The notes beneath the pieces are model-generated. The model was given only the letters and a program-made list of their open reading frames with translations. It did no database searches and was not told the DNA's origin. Made by a program: the position numbers and the translations under genes. From Myxococcota bacterium (lineage in GTDB: Bacteria; Myxococcota_A; SURF-8), in NCBI GenBank assembly GCA_965140415.1, contig OZ223209.1, positions 3,616,001-3,680,000 of the forward strand: 64,000 bases of DNA. The letters are read 5' to 3'. Shown here piece after piece: positions 28,026 through 38,420 of this stretch; the stretch's first letter is position 1, and each line of letters starts with the position of its first letter.

Positions 28026-30470
28026 TCAGCCGATTCCGATTAAATTCAAGCGTTCCAGCCAACGACTTTCGAACTGCTGCCGAATTTTTTCGTGCTCGGG
28101 TTGGCGCAATTCTGGATCTTGTTCGATCAGCCATTGTGCCACTTCTCGTGCTTCTTGTAGAATGTGCTGATGTCGAATCAAATTAGCGTGGACAAACAGT
28201 GGCGTACCGGTCTGGCGCGTTCCTAAAAAATCTCCCGGTCCACGAATTTCCAGATCCTTTTCGGCTATACGAAAACCATCCGTCGTTTGCTCCATGATAG
28301 CCAGCCGTTCCCGTGCATCATCGGAAACATGCTCACACATCAGATAGCAATAGGACTCGCTCTTGCCGCGCCCGACTCGCCCTCGCAACTGATGTAGCTG
28401 AGCCAGCCCGAATCGCTCCGCGTGCTGCACCACCATCACGGTAGCATTGGGCACATCCACCCCGACTTCCACTACCGTTGTGGACACCAGAATATCGTAC
28501 ACGCCCTCCAAGAAGGCCCGCATGACGCTGTCTTTATCGATTCGCGACATCCGCCCGTGCAGCAGACCGACGGTAAACTCCGGAAATACGGCACGCAAAC
28601 GCTCCCATTCGCTTTCCGCATCCTTCAAGTCCATCTTTTCCGATTCGGAAACCAGCGGAGTGATAACGTATACCTGCCGCCCGGCCTGCACTTCCTTTTT
28701 TAATTTCCGCTCGACCACACTTTGTTCGGACATCCACAGCACTTCGGTAATGATCGGACGACGCCCCTTGGGTAATTCGTCCAGTATGGAAACATCCAAA
28801 TCACCATATACCGTCAAGGAAAGCGAACGCGGAATCGGTGTGGCCGTCATGACGAGACAATCGGGCAGCATTCCTTTGGAACGAAGATTCGCTCGCTGAT
28901 CCACCCCGAAACGATGCTGCTCATCTACAATGACATAACCCAGTTTCTTAAACTCCACCCCTTTCTGGATCAGCGCGTGCGTGCCGATTACGAAATCGAT
29001 CTCACCCGATTGAATATCTTCATAGATCGCCAGTTTATCCGAGCGACGAATGTCGGAAGTCAATAGTTCTACACGCAAGTCCAACGGAGCGCAAAGTTCC
29101 GAGATACTACGATAATGCTGCTCGGCCAGAATTTCGGTGGGAGCCATCAGCGCCACCTGATAACCGTTCTCCACAATCAAGAGCGCCGTTAACACGGCGA
29201 CCACGGTCTTCCCCGACCCGACATCACCCTGTAATAGACGATTCATTGGGCTTGGGGATACTAGATCTTCCACAATCTCCGAAATTACACGGCGTTGCGC
29301 GTCGGTCAACTGATGAGGAAAGCGCTTGTAAAACGCCTTGGCCAAGGTGTTCAAGCGACGATGTGCTACTCCTTGTGAGCTTTTAACCGCACCACGTTTC
29401 TGCATCAGCGCTAGTTGCACAAAGAAAAACTCATCGAACACCAAGCGGCGTTGATAAGGACTCTCACCCAAATTCAACTTGGCCGCATCTACCTGATCGC
29501 CCGGGTGGTGCAGGTAGCGCAAAGTCTCCAACAAATCAGGTAAATTCGCGCGCTTTCGCAACTCTGCGGGGAATGGATCTTCCAACAACTGCAAGTAATC
29601 CACCAGAGCCTGTTGAACGATCTCACTTAGTTGGCGAGCGGCAATCCCCTTGATTTCCGGATATACCGGGCGAATCAGATGACCTTCACGCATTGGAGTA
29701 TCGCTGGCCAACTCGATTTCCGGATGCACGATCTGGTGACGACCTCGAAACGCATTGATCTTACCGGCAATTCGGACCTTGTCTCCCACTTTGAAACGAT
29801 TGGGAATGGCATTGCCCCCATAATGAAACCAACTACAGGTGACCGTGCCGGTAGCATCCTGAACCACAAGTTCAAACGGCTTTTTTAAATAGGGTTTCCA
29901 ATTGGCGCTCATGGTCATGATGGTGCCAACGGCCTGGCCGAATTCACCGACTTCCAAGGCCGAAATGCGACTGACCTGCCGTAAATCCACCCAACGTGTC
30001 GGCAAAAAATAAAGCAGGTCTTCCACAGTGGCAATGCTTCGGGCTGCGAAATGCTCGGCGAGACGCGGTCCGACTCCCTTCAAGAATTGAACGGAATTGA
30101 ATAAAGGACGACGGTCCAACTGCAATTTTCCACCATGGGTAGAGGTGTCTGGCGGAGCAACCTTGCGATGCGCCAACTCCTCCAGTCGATCCAATACGGC
30201 CAGAACGTCAAGCAGACGCCTGCGCTTCTCACCAGCGGAAAGCGTTTCAAAATCTTCTAGTAAGTTGGAAAGTTTCGAAATTTTTTCTTGGAAGGTTTTA
30301 GGAAGCTCCAAGTTGCACAATGGAACGACATCTTGTAACAGACGCTTGGAAAGCCCCCCGATTTGGTCGATGGATTCAAAATTCCGGCGAGCCAGGACAA
30401 CCAGTGGTCGTCGAAGTGAGGGGATGGCTTGAAGCAGCCGTTCCTTGTTCGACCTGGTTGCCTTTGCCAT
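28026..30470 (-). CDS. recG: ATP-dependent DNA helicase RecG
   Basis: LQGDVGSGKT, MAPTEILAEQH, DEQHRFG, MTATPIPR, QLRGRVGRG, RGPG. Confidence 0.97.
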   Translation of the reverse strand: MAKATRSNKERLLQAIPSLRRPLVVLARRNFESIDQIGGLSKRLLQDVVPLCNLELPKTFQEKISKLSNLLEDFETLSAGEKRRRLLDVLAVLDRLEELAHRKVAPPDTSTHGGKLQLDRRPLFNSVQFLKGVGPRLAEHFAARSIATVEDLLYFLPTRWVDLRQVSRISALEVGEFGQAVGTIMTMSANWKPYLKKPFELVVQDATGTVTCSWFHYGGNAIPNRFKVGDKVRIAGKINAFRGRHQIVHPEIELASDTPMREGHLIRPVYPEIKGIAARQLSEIVQQALVDYLQLLEDPFPAELRKRANLPDLLETLRYLHHPGDQVDAAKLNLGESPYQRRLVFDEFFFVQLALMQKRGAVKSSQGVAHRRLNTLAKAFYKRFPHQLTDAQRRVISEIVEDLVSPSPMNRLLQGDVGSGKTVVAVLTALLIVENGYQVALMAPTEILAEQHYRSISELCAPLDLRVELLTSDIRRSDKLAIYEDIQSGEIDFVIGTHALIQKGVEFKKLGYVIVDEQHRFGVDQRANLRSKGMLPDCLVMTATPIPRSLSLTVYGDLDVSILDELPKGRRPIITEVLWMSEQSVVERKLKKEVQAGRQVYVITPLVSESEKMDLKDAESEWERLRAVFPEFTVGLLHGRMSRIDKDSVMRAFLEGVYDILVSTTVVEVGVDVPNATVMVVQHAERFGLAQLHQLRGRVGRGKSESYCYLMCEHVSDDARERLAIMEQTTDGFRIAEKDLEIRGPGDFLGTRQTGTPLFVHANLIRHQHILQEAREVAQWLIEQDPELRQPEHEKIRQQFESRWLERLNLIGIG

Positions 30471-30472
30471 AG

Positions 30473-30955
30473 CTACCCGACGTACTCCACATCGACGATC
30501 TCGAAACGTCTAAGACCATTAGGTGTCTTCACGCGAACTTCATCGCCCTGAGAACGATTGATCATCGCACGTGCAATAGCGGATTCGATGCTGATCAGAC
30601 CTTTTTCCCAACTGGCTTCGTAATTGCCTACAATCTGATACCGTTCCTCTTTTTCCGTTTCCAAATCGAACAGAGTCACGGTGGCACCAAACATCACACG
30701 ATCACCGGAAAGTTTAGAAGGATCGATTACTTCCGCCCGACTCAGACGACTTTCATAGTCCTTGATTTGAGCTTCGATCAGTCCTTGCTTGTCTTTGGCA
30801 TACTGGTATTCCGCATTCTCTGAAAGATCTCCGTGAGCGCGCGCAACTTCGATTTCACGAACAATTGCCGGACGCTCCACCGATTTCAGATGGTCCAGTT
30901 CCTGTTTCATCCGTCGCTTGCCGTCCGGCGTCATTGGCACTCGTTCGTCGCTCAT
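30473..30955 (-). CDS. greA: Transcription elongation factor GreA
   Basis: ARAHGDLSENAEY, FGATV, IVG, ISIESAIA. Confidence 0.97.
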   Translation of the reverse strand: MSDERVPMTPDGKRRMKQELDHLKSVERPAIVREIEVARAHGDLSENAEYQYAKDKQGLIEAQIKDYESRLSRAEVIDPSKLSGDRVMFGATVTLFDLETEKEERYQIVGNYEASWEKGLISIESAIARAMINRSQGDEVRVKTPNGLRRFEIVDVEYVG

Positions 30956-31105
30956 ATCTCTCTCCTCATTATCACCCTATTCGAGATCGAAGTTCCGTTT
31001 ATCCGACTCGTCCGATTTATTCTCGGATCGCCTTTCCGTCGGCAGATTGAACAGCGTTTATAGCAAGTGTTGGAAACAGATGCAACGGTGAAGTGTTTTT
31101 TTTCA

Positions 31106-31519
31106 CTACTCAATCTCATCAATATCGTCAGAGGAATACGGTTGGTATTCCGTTGCCTCTTCACATGCATCCGGCGCGACATAAAGCACAATCAACTTAT
31201 CGTGGCAATACCCATCGAAACGAAAGATATCATGGCCGTTTTTCGATTTCACAGTTACATCTTCCGTCTTTTTTTCCAACCCATCTTCAATGGAAGTATG
31301 AAAGCGCTGCCCATTGGCACAATAGAGCTTCTGTGCAATGATCGGCAGTTCCGCCATTCCACATAACGGGATCGGTTTTTCTGCTGAAGTATTCAATTCA
31401 TCCACGATAATACGTCCATCAGAGGTTCCCTTGCCGTACGGGTTGTAGCGCGCGCAAGAAAACTGTAGACCAAGTATCCAGCAAGACACTGCGAATAAAA
31501 GCAAATATGTGAATTTCAT
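31106..31519 (-). CDS. Probable small lipoprotein
   Basis: MKFTYLLLFAVSCWILGLQFSC signal-like start at ATG 31519; four further Cys. Confidence 0.6.
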   Translation of the reverse strand: MKFTYLLLFAVSCWILGLQFSCARYNPYGKGTSDGRIIVDELNTSAEKPIPLCGMAELPIIAQKLYCANGQRFHTSIEDGLEKKTEDVTVKSKNGHDIFRFDGYCHDKLIVLYVAPDACEEATEYQPYSSDDIDEIE

Positions 31520-31929
31520 CCCAAATCTGCTGCTGCGAGACTTAAAAGGATGGAACAAAAGCATACGATTCATAGTTGAACACCTTATGTGGCTGTGATA
31601 GGATGCCTCCGACTGGCAAGGTCCAGTCGCTTTGTATGAAAGGGAAACATCTGTAATCAGCGCCAAATCCCTTTCTTATAAATGACATTGGATTGTAGCG
31701 GCAGCTCCAATCCGGGTCAAGCCAAAGGCGAAAAACGTTTAAAATACAGGGGAACAGGTCGTTATTCCGACAATCTGGCATGGCAGAGGGATTTGGGTTA
31801 ACAAAATTTTAACTTGATTTTTCCGCGCCTATGCTTACTCTGCCATAAACTGTTCTAGAAGCAGATTCGTCCACTCGCCTCTTTTGACCTTTGGCGCTCC
31901 ACATTCGGAAAGGGACTCGCTTAAATAGC

Positions 31930-33066
31930 ATGGAAAAAGTGAAAGAATTCTCAGTACCGAATTGGTTCCGATTCCTCATCTTGCTTCTTCTGCTGTATTT
32001 CTTCTTTATGGCGATCGGATTGATGGGTGGCGCATTCAAGCTTCTCGGCAGAGATGTCGCCGAATCGCTGATTTCCGTGACCAGTAACCCCTTTACCGGA
32101 CTGATGATCGGTATCCTTTCCACCGCACTGGTGCAAAGTTCCTCTGTTACGACGTCCACCGTGGTGGGTCTGGTCAGTGGCGGAGCATTGACAATCGGTG
32201 GGGCGGTTCCCATCGTCATGGGAGCCAACATCGGCACTTCGGTCACTAACGCCATTGTTTCACTGGGTCATATCCGCCAAAAGCAAGAATTCGAGCGAGC
32301 CTTCGCCGGGGCGGTAATGCACGATTTCTTCAATTGGATGGGAGTGTTTATTCTGCTTCCATTTGAACTACTTACGGGATATTTAGAAAAATCGGGCGTT
32401 TTCCTGGCACACCTCTTTTCAGGATCCGATTCACTTTCCTTTACCAGCCCCTTAAAAGCGATTGTCAAGCCGGCGGTAAAGGCCACTGAGCATCTGCTGA
32501 TCGACACAATGCAGATCAGCGAACATGCCACCGGCATCATCATGATCGTTCTTTCCTTTATCCTCTTGTTCACTGCCTTGGTTCTGATCGTCAAGAACAT
32601 GAAGGCGATGATGATCGAGCGGCTGGAAGTGGCAATCGATAAATTATTCGGGGCCAATCCGATTTTCGCCATTATCGTCGGTATGATTCTAACCGCTCTT
32701 GTACAATCCAGTTCCATCACTACTTCGCTGTTGGTTCCGCTGATCGGTGCAGGAGCAATGAGCTTGAACGCGGCCTTCCCAATCACACTGGGAGCAAACG
32801 TCGGCACGACCATCACCGCTCTGCTGGCCGCTCTTGCCGGTAATGTCAACGGACTGGCGATTGCCTTCGTTCACCTTGTATTCAACCTTACAGGAATCGC
32901 ACTGGTCTATATTTTCAAGCCGCTTCGAGTCGGCATCATGTCTTCCGCCCAGTGGCTTGCCCAAAAGGCGACTAAAGACAAGAAAGTGGCGCTTTACTTC
33001 CTTGTTGGAGTCTTCTACGTGCTTCCACTCGGCATCTTCGGCATTTCACATCTTTTCGAGTGGTAA
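31930..33066 (+). CDS. Na/Pi cotransporter (NptA / SLC34-like)
   Basis: Two QSSS...GAN(I/V)GT repeats. Confidence 0.93.
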   Translation: MEKVKEFSVPNWFRFLILLLLLYFFFMAIGLMGGAFKLLGRDVAESLISVTSNPFTGLMIGILSTALVQSSSVTTSTVVGLVSGGALTIGGAVPIVMGANIGTSVTNAIVSLGHIRQKQEFERAFAGAVMHDFFNWMGVFILLPFELLTGYLEKSGVFLAHLFSGSDSLSFTSPLKAIVKPAVKATEHLLIDTMQISEHATGIIMIVLSFILLFTALVLIVKNMKAMMIERLEVAIDKLFGANPIFAIIVGMILTALVQSSSITTSLLVPLIGAGAMSLNAAFPITLGANVGTTITALLAALAGNVNGLAIAFVHLVFNLTGIALVYIFKPLRVGIMSSAQWLAQKATKDKKVALYFLVGVFYVLPLGIFGISHLFEW

Positions 33067-33078
33067 AAGGAGACAGAC

Positions 33079-33789
33079 ATGAAAGTGGACAAAACGATTT
33101 TTGGGAAGAAATTCTGGAGTAAGATCGCGGGTATCTTTACGGAAAAGCCCCTGCCCGACCAGATGTACCAGAACTTCCAGGAAATGATGACGCTCGCGCA
33201 AAGCATGTACATTTCGGTAACCTCGGTGCTGTTAGACCCCGATGTACAGACGCTGGAGCATATCCGCGAGAGCTTCTATTTAACCGACCGTAAAATCAAC
33301 CTGTTGGAAACCATGATTCGTCGCGAAATCCTGGTGCATCTCTCCGTCAGCGGCGGCACCGCGCCCAATACCGCTACCTACCTTACCTTGCTGAACCTGG
33401 TGAAGAACGGCGAGCGCATCGGCGATTACAACAAGAATCTTTTCGAAGTGTTCGAGCACTCGGCCAATGCCATCAGCGGGCAATACCTGGAGAAATTCCG
33501 CATGGTGCGCGATGAGACCGTGCTGCTCTTCAGCGAAGTGCATACCGCCATTTCGACCCTGGACCCGAAAATGGGCATCCGCAGTTGTCAGAGCATTCGT
33601 CCCCTGATCAAGGAATGCGGCATGGTGGTCGATGAAATGCTGATCAAGCCGGAATCCAGCCCGAATCCGGTGGCGGTGGCCCTGCTCTTCCGCTACCAGA
33701 AGCGCATCCTGAATCATCTGGCCAAGGTCGCCATGGCCCAGTTCGCCCCCTTCGACAAGTACGGCGAATGCACCAAAGGTACGGATTAG
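33079..33789 (+). CDS. PhoU-domain protein
   Basis: DRKINLLE..IRR, ERIGDY, KRILNH; follows the Na/Pi transporter; SD AGGAG. Confidence 0.85.
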   Translation: MKVDKTIFGKKFWSKIAGIFTEKPLPDQMYQNFQEMMTLAQSMYISVTSVLLDPDVQTLEHIRESFYLTDRKINLLETMIRREILVHLSVSGGTAPNTATYLTLLNLVKNGERIGDYNKNLFEVFEHSANAISGQYLEKFRMVRDETVLLFSEVHTAISTLDPKMGIRSCQSIRPLIKECGMVVDEMLIKPESSPNPVAVALLFRYQKRILNHLAKVAMAQFAPFDKYGECTKGTD

Positions 33790-33831
33790 TCTTCTGAATC
33801 CTCCGCCCGCGCGGATAACCTCAGCAACGTT

Positions 33832-34548
33832 TTACAGGCGCTTCCGTTCCACCCTTTTCCGCCGCCACAACAGCGGCAGTAAAAACGCAAGGTAAATCAA
33901 GTTGGAAGCTCCGGCGCTGCGGCAGGAATCGTCGTCGCTTTCGCTATCGTCATCATCATTCTGTTCGCCGTTCGTATCGCCGTCAGTTGTTGTGGTGGTA
34001 TCGCCGTCGGTGACACCAACAAACTGACACTGATACACTTCGCAAATAACATCTTCGGTATCCGGTTTTAAATGACAATCTGCATCCGTTCGGCAATCGA
34101 AACAATGGTGGTTGATACATACTCCGGTAACGGCATCACTGCGATTACAATCTTCATCCGTATCACATATGTGGCACATTCCATCCACACATGCAACACC
34201 TTCACTATCGCAAGAATGTTCATGTGGATGTGGGCATGAACGCAAGCACACCCCTTCAATGCAGAACATTCCATAAAGCGTGTCATCCCCATCCATTGCC
34301 ACAGGCTCACCCATGTCTTCCCAGCAATCCTCGTGTTGTTTACACAGCACACATTTTTCATAATAATCGCCACAAAAATCAGCATCCTGGCAACAGTATA
34401 CATTGGGAATAGTCAGATCACTTCGTTGTGGACAATCATTATCCGTTGTACAGGGGTCACCGATCGGGTCGGCGGTTGAGGCAAAGGATAGACAAGGAAA
34501 AACAAACAGAACGAATAAAGCCAATGCAAAACAGGCTTTCGTTTTCAT
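33832..34548 (-). CDS. Cys-rich exported protein with MYXO-CTERM-like tail
   Basis: Signal peptide, CxxDxDC repeats, DGD/Thr/Asp linker, SC-x-hydrophobic-WRRKR C-terminus. Confidence 0.78.
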   Translation of the reverse strand: MKTKACFALALFVLFVFPCLSFASTADPIGDPCTTDNDCPQRSDLTIPNVYCCQDADFCGDYYEKCVLCKQHEDCWEDMGEPVAMDGDDTLYGMFCIEGVCLRSCPHPHEHSCDSEGVACVDGMCHICDTDEDCNRSDAVTGVCINHHCFDCRTDADCHLKPDTEDVICEVYQCQFVGVTDGDTTTTTDGDTNGEQNDDDDSESDDDSCRSAGASNLIYLAFLLPLLWRRKRVERKRL

Positions 34549-34599
34549 GAGAACCTCCTGGAAAAACCGAATCGGCTCAAAACCATCCGATACCAGTTA

Positions 34600-36117
34600 T
34601 TAATCGTCACCGCACTCTCCCCATAGGCAACCCGTGACATAAGAAATAAACACCTTTAAATGTGCAGAATTGTCAGGATCGAGCCATGCCTTTTGGATTT
34701 CCGCCGTACAACACTCCGTGGAAAACGTAGGAAAATTATTTTCCAGGGCGATAACATCACCAGAATTGAAATCGGCACGAAAAACGGTCGTGCTGGAGAT
34801 AAAATAAAGAACGTCTTCCGAGAAAAGGACATCATCAATTTTATAAACAAAAGCACCAGGGTATTTGTATACTTCTCCAGATTCATAATTTTCTACGAAT
34901 ACGGCATAATCTATCGTGTTGGCGAGTGCTAACAGTGGGAAACGGTCGGACAAGAAGACCGCAATAACTCCTTGGGACACCCAGTCACTCATGTAATCCG
35001 GTTCGTATTTGGACCAAACCATCGTATCGTAAGGAGCTTTTACCAGACCGGAAAAAATCAAAGAGTTCGAGTCGCCTTTGCATTGTAAATTAGCAACCAT
35101 AAGGGTTGAGTTGGCATCCCAACGATGTCCATTAATTTCTATCTTTTTACAGCCACCAAATTCCCCGGTTCCATAAACGAAACCGTTGGCAGTTCTACGT
35201 GACGGAAACCAGCTTTCACCTGCATCCTCGCTCTTTAGTAAGCCCAATGTGGAGTGTTTTCCAACAATCCGGCTCCCAGTACCGTCAATAGTCGCTAGGG
35301 GATAGATCGCTTCAAGCTCATTACTATCAACAATTACTGTTGGCAGTTCTTCCCAGGACTCTCCTAAATTTGTTGATCGATAGTATCCATGCTCACTTTC
35401 GTTGTTTCGCCAATACGTGAAAAGTACAGAATCTTCTTCTCCTACATAACTGGCACCAATCGTTCTTACGTTTTGCTTGGGATAAGTAAGTGGTATAAAT
35501 TGCTGATCAATTCCATTGGCAGGTGGCATAATGAATGCCTCCTTGTTGATCGTTCCATCGTTAATATACTTTGTACAAAACAGCCTGTAATTCTCAAATC
35601 CGAGAAGTTCAAGACTTTCACAGTCCATTGTTTCCATCCAGGCAGCGACCCTATTCCAACTGCATCCTCCATCAAAACTTTCAAAAACGAAACTCTGTGG
35701 TTCACTTTCCTGGCTGGGCATACATATATGATCATGACATTCAAGATCGACTCCCAGATCGCTAGGACAATCTCCTACACAACCCGTTTGACATTCACCG
35801 GCCCAATCGGATTTGGCCATACATAATTTGTAATCCTCATTAAATATCCAGCCATCACGGCATTGGTGAGCACATTGAATTATTTCTGAATTTTCTACGG
35901 ACTCATCTCTATCTCTTTCCAGATCATTATCAGAATCCGAATCGCCATCCACACTTATATCACGGTCAGCATCTGTAAAAGTGTACACATCAACATCCCC
36001 TGCGTCAGCAAGGTTCGACTGTTCCTCGCCTGTTGAACAGTTGCACAGGGCAAGCGCCAATACGAAAAATAATAGAATTTTCGGATCCAGCCTAAACAAC
36101 ACCATCCCCAACTCCAT
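34600..36117 (-). CDS. Probable lipoprotein with Asp-box (BNR) beta-propeller-like region
   Basis: LALALCNC, acidic linker, YRSTNLGESW and LKSEDAGESW Asp boxes; AT-rich. Confidence 0.7.
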   Translation of the reverse strand: MELGMVLFRLDPKILLFFVLALALCNCSTGEEQSNLADAGDVDVYTFTDADRDISVDGDSDSDNDLERDRDESVENSEIIQCAHQCRDGWIFNEDYKLCMAKSDWAGECQTGCVGDCPSDLGVDLECHDHICMPSQESEPQSFVFESFDGGCSWNRVAAWMETMDCESLELLGFENYRLFCTKYINDGTINKEAFIMPPANGIDQQFIPLTYPKQNVRTIGASYVGEEDSVLFTYWRNNESEHGYYRSTNLGESWEELPTVIVDSNELEAIYPLATIDGTGSRIVGKHSTLGLLKSEDAGESWFPSRRTANGFVYGTGEFGGCKKIEINGHRWDANSTLMVANLQCKGDSNSLIFSGLVKAPYDTMVWSKYEPDYMSDWVSQGVIAVFLSDRFPLLALANTIDYAVFVENYESGEVYKYPGAFVYKIDDVLFSEDVLYFISSTTVFRADFNSGDVIALENNFPTFSTECCTAEIQKAWLDPDNSAHLKVFISYVTGCLWGECGDD

Positions 36118-36287
36118 CTTTTTGGAATTCGATTACCTTGGCGAGACCCGTATCGCGAGATAGGCATTTGCCATATCAGCAAATGTAACGATGCTTTATC
36201 ATGCACACAATGTGTTTACATTGTCAATCACTTTATAATCAATTTTATCCCCAGGACATATTCTGTCACACCGAGAAGTCATCGGTT

Positions 36288-38420
36288 TCACGGCACTGAC
36301 AAACCGGGATAATAGAGATCGTCGATCACGAAATTGGGGTCGTTGTGAGTTTCGATCAGAATCATGTGCATCGGCTGATCCGGCGAAACATCCACCCAGC
36401 CGGTATCGTTTATCCAGGCATCGTACACTTTGTTCAGATTCAGATCGCTCCAAACCACACCGTTGAGATCGTAGGCGCGCACGCGCAAGCCCTGGTTGTC
36501 GTGCGTTTCACCGGAGTAAAACCCGGCGTACCAGGTTACAGCAGGAACCGTGGAGCTAATTGAAGCATCTTGAGGCGTTATGAAGCTTACCAGAATATCG
36601 CCGGTCCAGCGTTGCCCGTTGCTCGTAAGCGTACTGCACGCATTGTTGCCGCTCCAACTTTCAAGCTCCCAACTCGCATCGGTCGCCACAATGGCATTAG
36701 CCATGGGGGTATCGAAACGAACGCCATAGGGAGAATACAACGCTTCCACATTGACGGCATTTCCCAAACTCTGCCCAGCGGGACCGTGATCGAAATCGAT
36801 GACCGCCTCACAATAGAACGGCTCGGAGTAGGAATCGATACAAGCCTGCCCCATCGGACAATCGGCCTTTTCACAGCAATATACCGGCGGATCGACCACG
36901 CGGCAAGCACCATCCACACAATCCATTCCCTGGTTGCAATCGCAGGTAATCGTACAACTATCACCTTCATGCCCTTCACAGGCCAGCGAGTCAATGCCAT
37001 CCATATCGCCATAGCTGATTTGGGGACCACCCGAATCATTCAGAATCGCACTGACCTCACCGTTCTCATAACGGATGCAGGCGATGTTCCAATAGGAGTT
37101 GCGGTCGTCCAAGCCGGCATTGAATGTCTGCATGACTTGACCGTTAAAGATCACCCGTACTTCCACATCCGTTCCATATGGCCAGTAATCTTTTCGGGCA
37201 TAATGGATCAGCACACGATAGTAGCTTTCCGTAGGATAGCCAATGTGGACGGTTTCAGGCGTACTGTTGCGCCAGTTCAAGCCACCGCCGCTGTCACGGT
37301 CGTCGCCAAACTGTGGATCGTCTGCGCCTTCACCGATAACTCCCCAGTCGGGATTTGCATTGTTGTAGTAGCAATCATTGGGATCGACAGTTTGCCCTCC
37401 CAGAACACCACCTTCGCGCAGTACGTGCAGATCCAGATCCGCCCACAATAGCGACCAGCGCAACTCGACACGCAACCCGGTATCCGCATCATCACAGACG
37501 CCCCCCTCATCTGTATTGCCGTCGCAATTGTCATCCATCATGTTGCAAACTTCTGAAACATTACAAGAGCCGGGATCACAGACGCACTCTCCGTTTTGCG
37601 GGTCGCAACTGTAGCATTCCGAGCAAACAACCGGCTCTCCCGGTTCACACTGACCCTGACTACAAAGCTCTTCTCCGTTGCACAGATCGCCATCATTACA
37701 ATTGCCACCATCATCGTTGACTGCTACGCAAGCCAAGCTTGCCGAATCGCATTGGTGATGGGTGCAGGGATTATCGTCCTGGCTGCACACACCTGCGGGT
37801 TCGAACTCGTTGTAGCAACGACCATCATCCGGATTACAGCGGGCAAAGGTACATGGATTGTCGTCTTGAGCGCAATCAACATTCTCACAAAGGTTCGTCT
37901 CCTGATCTCCATCTATCGGCAGATCCCCATCAACGGGCCAATCTCCGTCGATGGGCAGGTCGCCATCACCGTTCAAATCACCATCAATCGGCAGATCGCC
38001 GTCTGAAGGAAGATCGCCGTCAATCGGTAATTCGCTGTCCACCAAGTCGCCATTGGCGGGAACATCTCCGTCTATCGGCAGGTCTCCATCTCCTTGAACG
38101 AACTGATCTCCATCCATTTTCTCGTCATCACCATCGGGAAGGATCGGATGGTCCTTATCTCCATCCGGCAGAATCACAGGAGCATCACCGTCAGTCAACG
38201 GCAGATCGCCGTCCGTCAGTTTTCCATCGATATCGACATCGCCATCCACATCAGCCGTCCCCACCACACAAATCCCTTGTTCGCAAACGAAGCCATTACT
38301 ACAGTCGGCATCTGTATTACAGCTATCGAAAAACGAAGTTACCGATGATTCACAACCCAACAGCCCCATGCTGATTGCAATTGAAATGAAAACAACAATA
38401 CGACAGGAATTGGATAGCAT
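36288..38420 (-). CDS. Multidomain Cys-rich lipoprotein (DGD repeats, DDNPCT repeats, metal-binding-like motif, YfaP/DUF2135-like domain)
   Basis: Lipobox LLG-C; 15 DGD units; EVCNMMDDNCDGNTDEG; LRVELRW...DLDLH...PET...YRVLIHY. Confidence 0.82.
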   Translation of the reverse strand: MLSNSCRIVVFISIAISMGLLGCESSVTSFFDSCNTDADCSNGFVCEQGICVVGTADVDGDVDIDGKLTDGDLPLTDGDAPVILPDGDKDHPILPDGDDEKMDGDQFVQGDGDLPIDGDVPANGDLVDSELPIDGDLPSDGDLPIDGDLNGDGDLPIDGDWPVDGDLPIDGDQETNLCENVDCAQDDNPCTFARCNPDDGRCYNEFEPAGVCSQDDNPCTHHQCDSASLACVAVNDDGGNCNDGDLCNGEELCSQGQCEPGEPVVCSECYSCDPQNGECVCDPGSCNVSEVCNMMDDNCDGNTDEGGVCDDADTGLRVELRWSLLWADLDLHVLREGGVLGGQTVDPNDCYYNNANPDWGVIGEGADDPQFGDDRDSGGGLNWRNSTPETVHIGYPTESYYRVLIHYARKDYWPYGTDVEVRVIFNGQVMQTFNAGLDDRNSYWNIACIRYENGEVSAILNDSGGPQISYGDMDGIDSLACEGHEGDSCTITCDCNQGMDCVDGACRVVDPPVYCCEKADCPMGQACIDSYSEPFYCEAVIDFDHGPAGQSLGNAVNVEALYSPYGVRFDTPMANAIVATDASWELESWSGNNACSTLTSNGQRWTGDILVSFITPQDASISSTVPAVTWYAGFYSGETHDNQGLRVRAYDLNGVVWSDLNLNKVYDAWINDTGWVDVSPDQPMHMILIETHNDPNFVIDDLYYPGLSVP
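37904..38253 (-). repeat. Degenerate 18-bp coding tandem repeat (DGDLPI)
   Basis: Repeated DGD-x3 hexapeptide units. Confidence 0.8.

Noticed and set aside
31776-31795. TGGCA word as a sigma54 promoter (similar words near 17033, 41686 and 43468)
   Set aside because: No GC at the required -12 spacing.
36570-37451. 293-aa plus-strand ORF
   Set aside because: Antisense to the 710-aa lipoprotein; no motifs.
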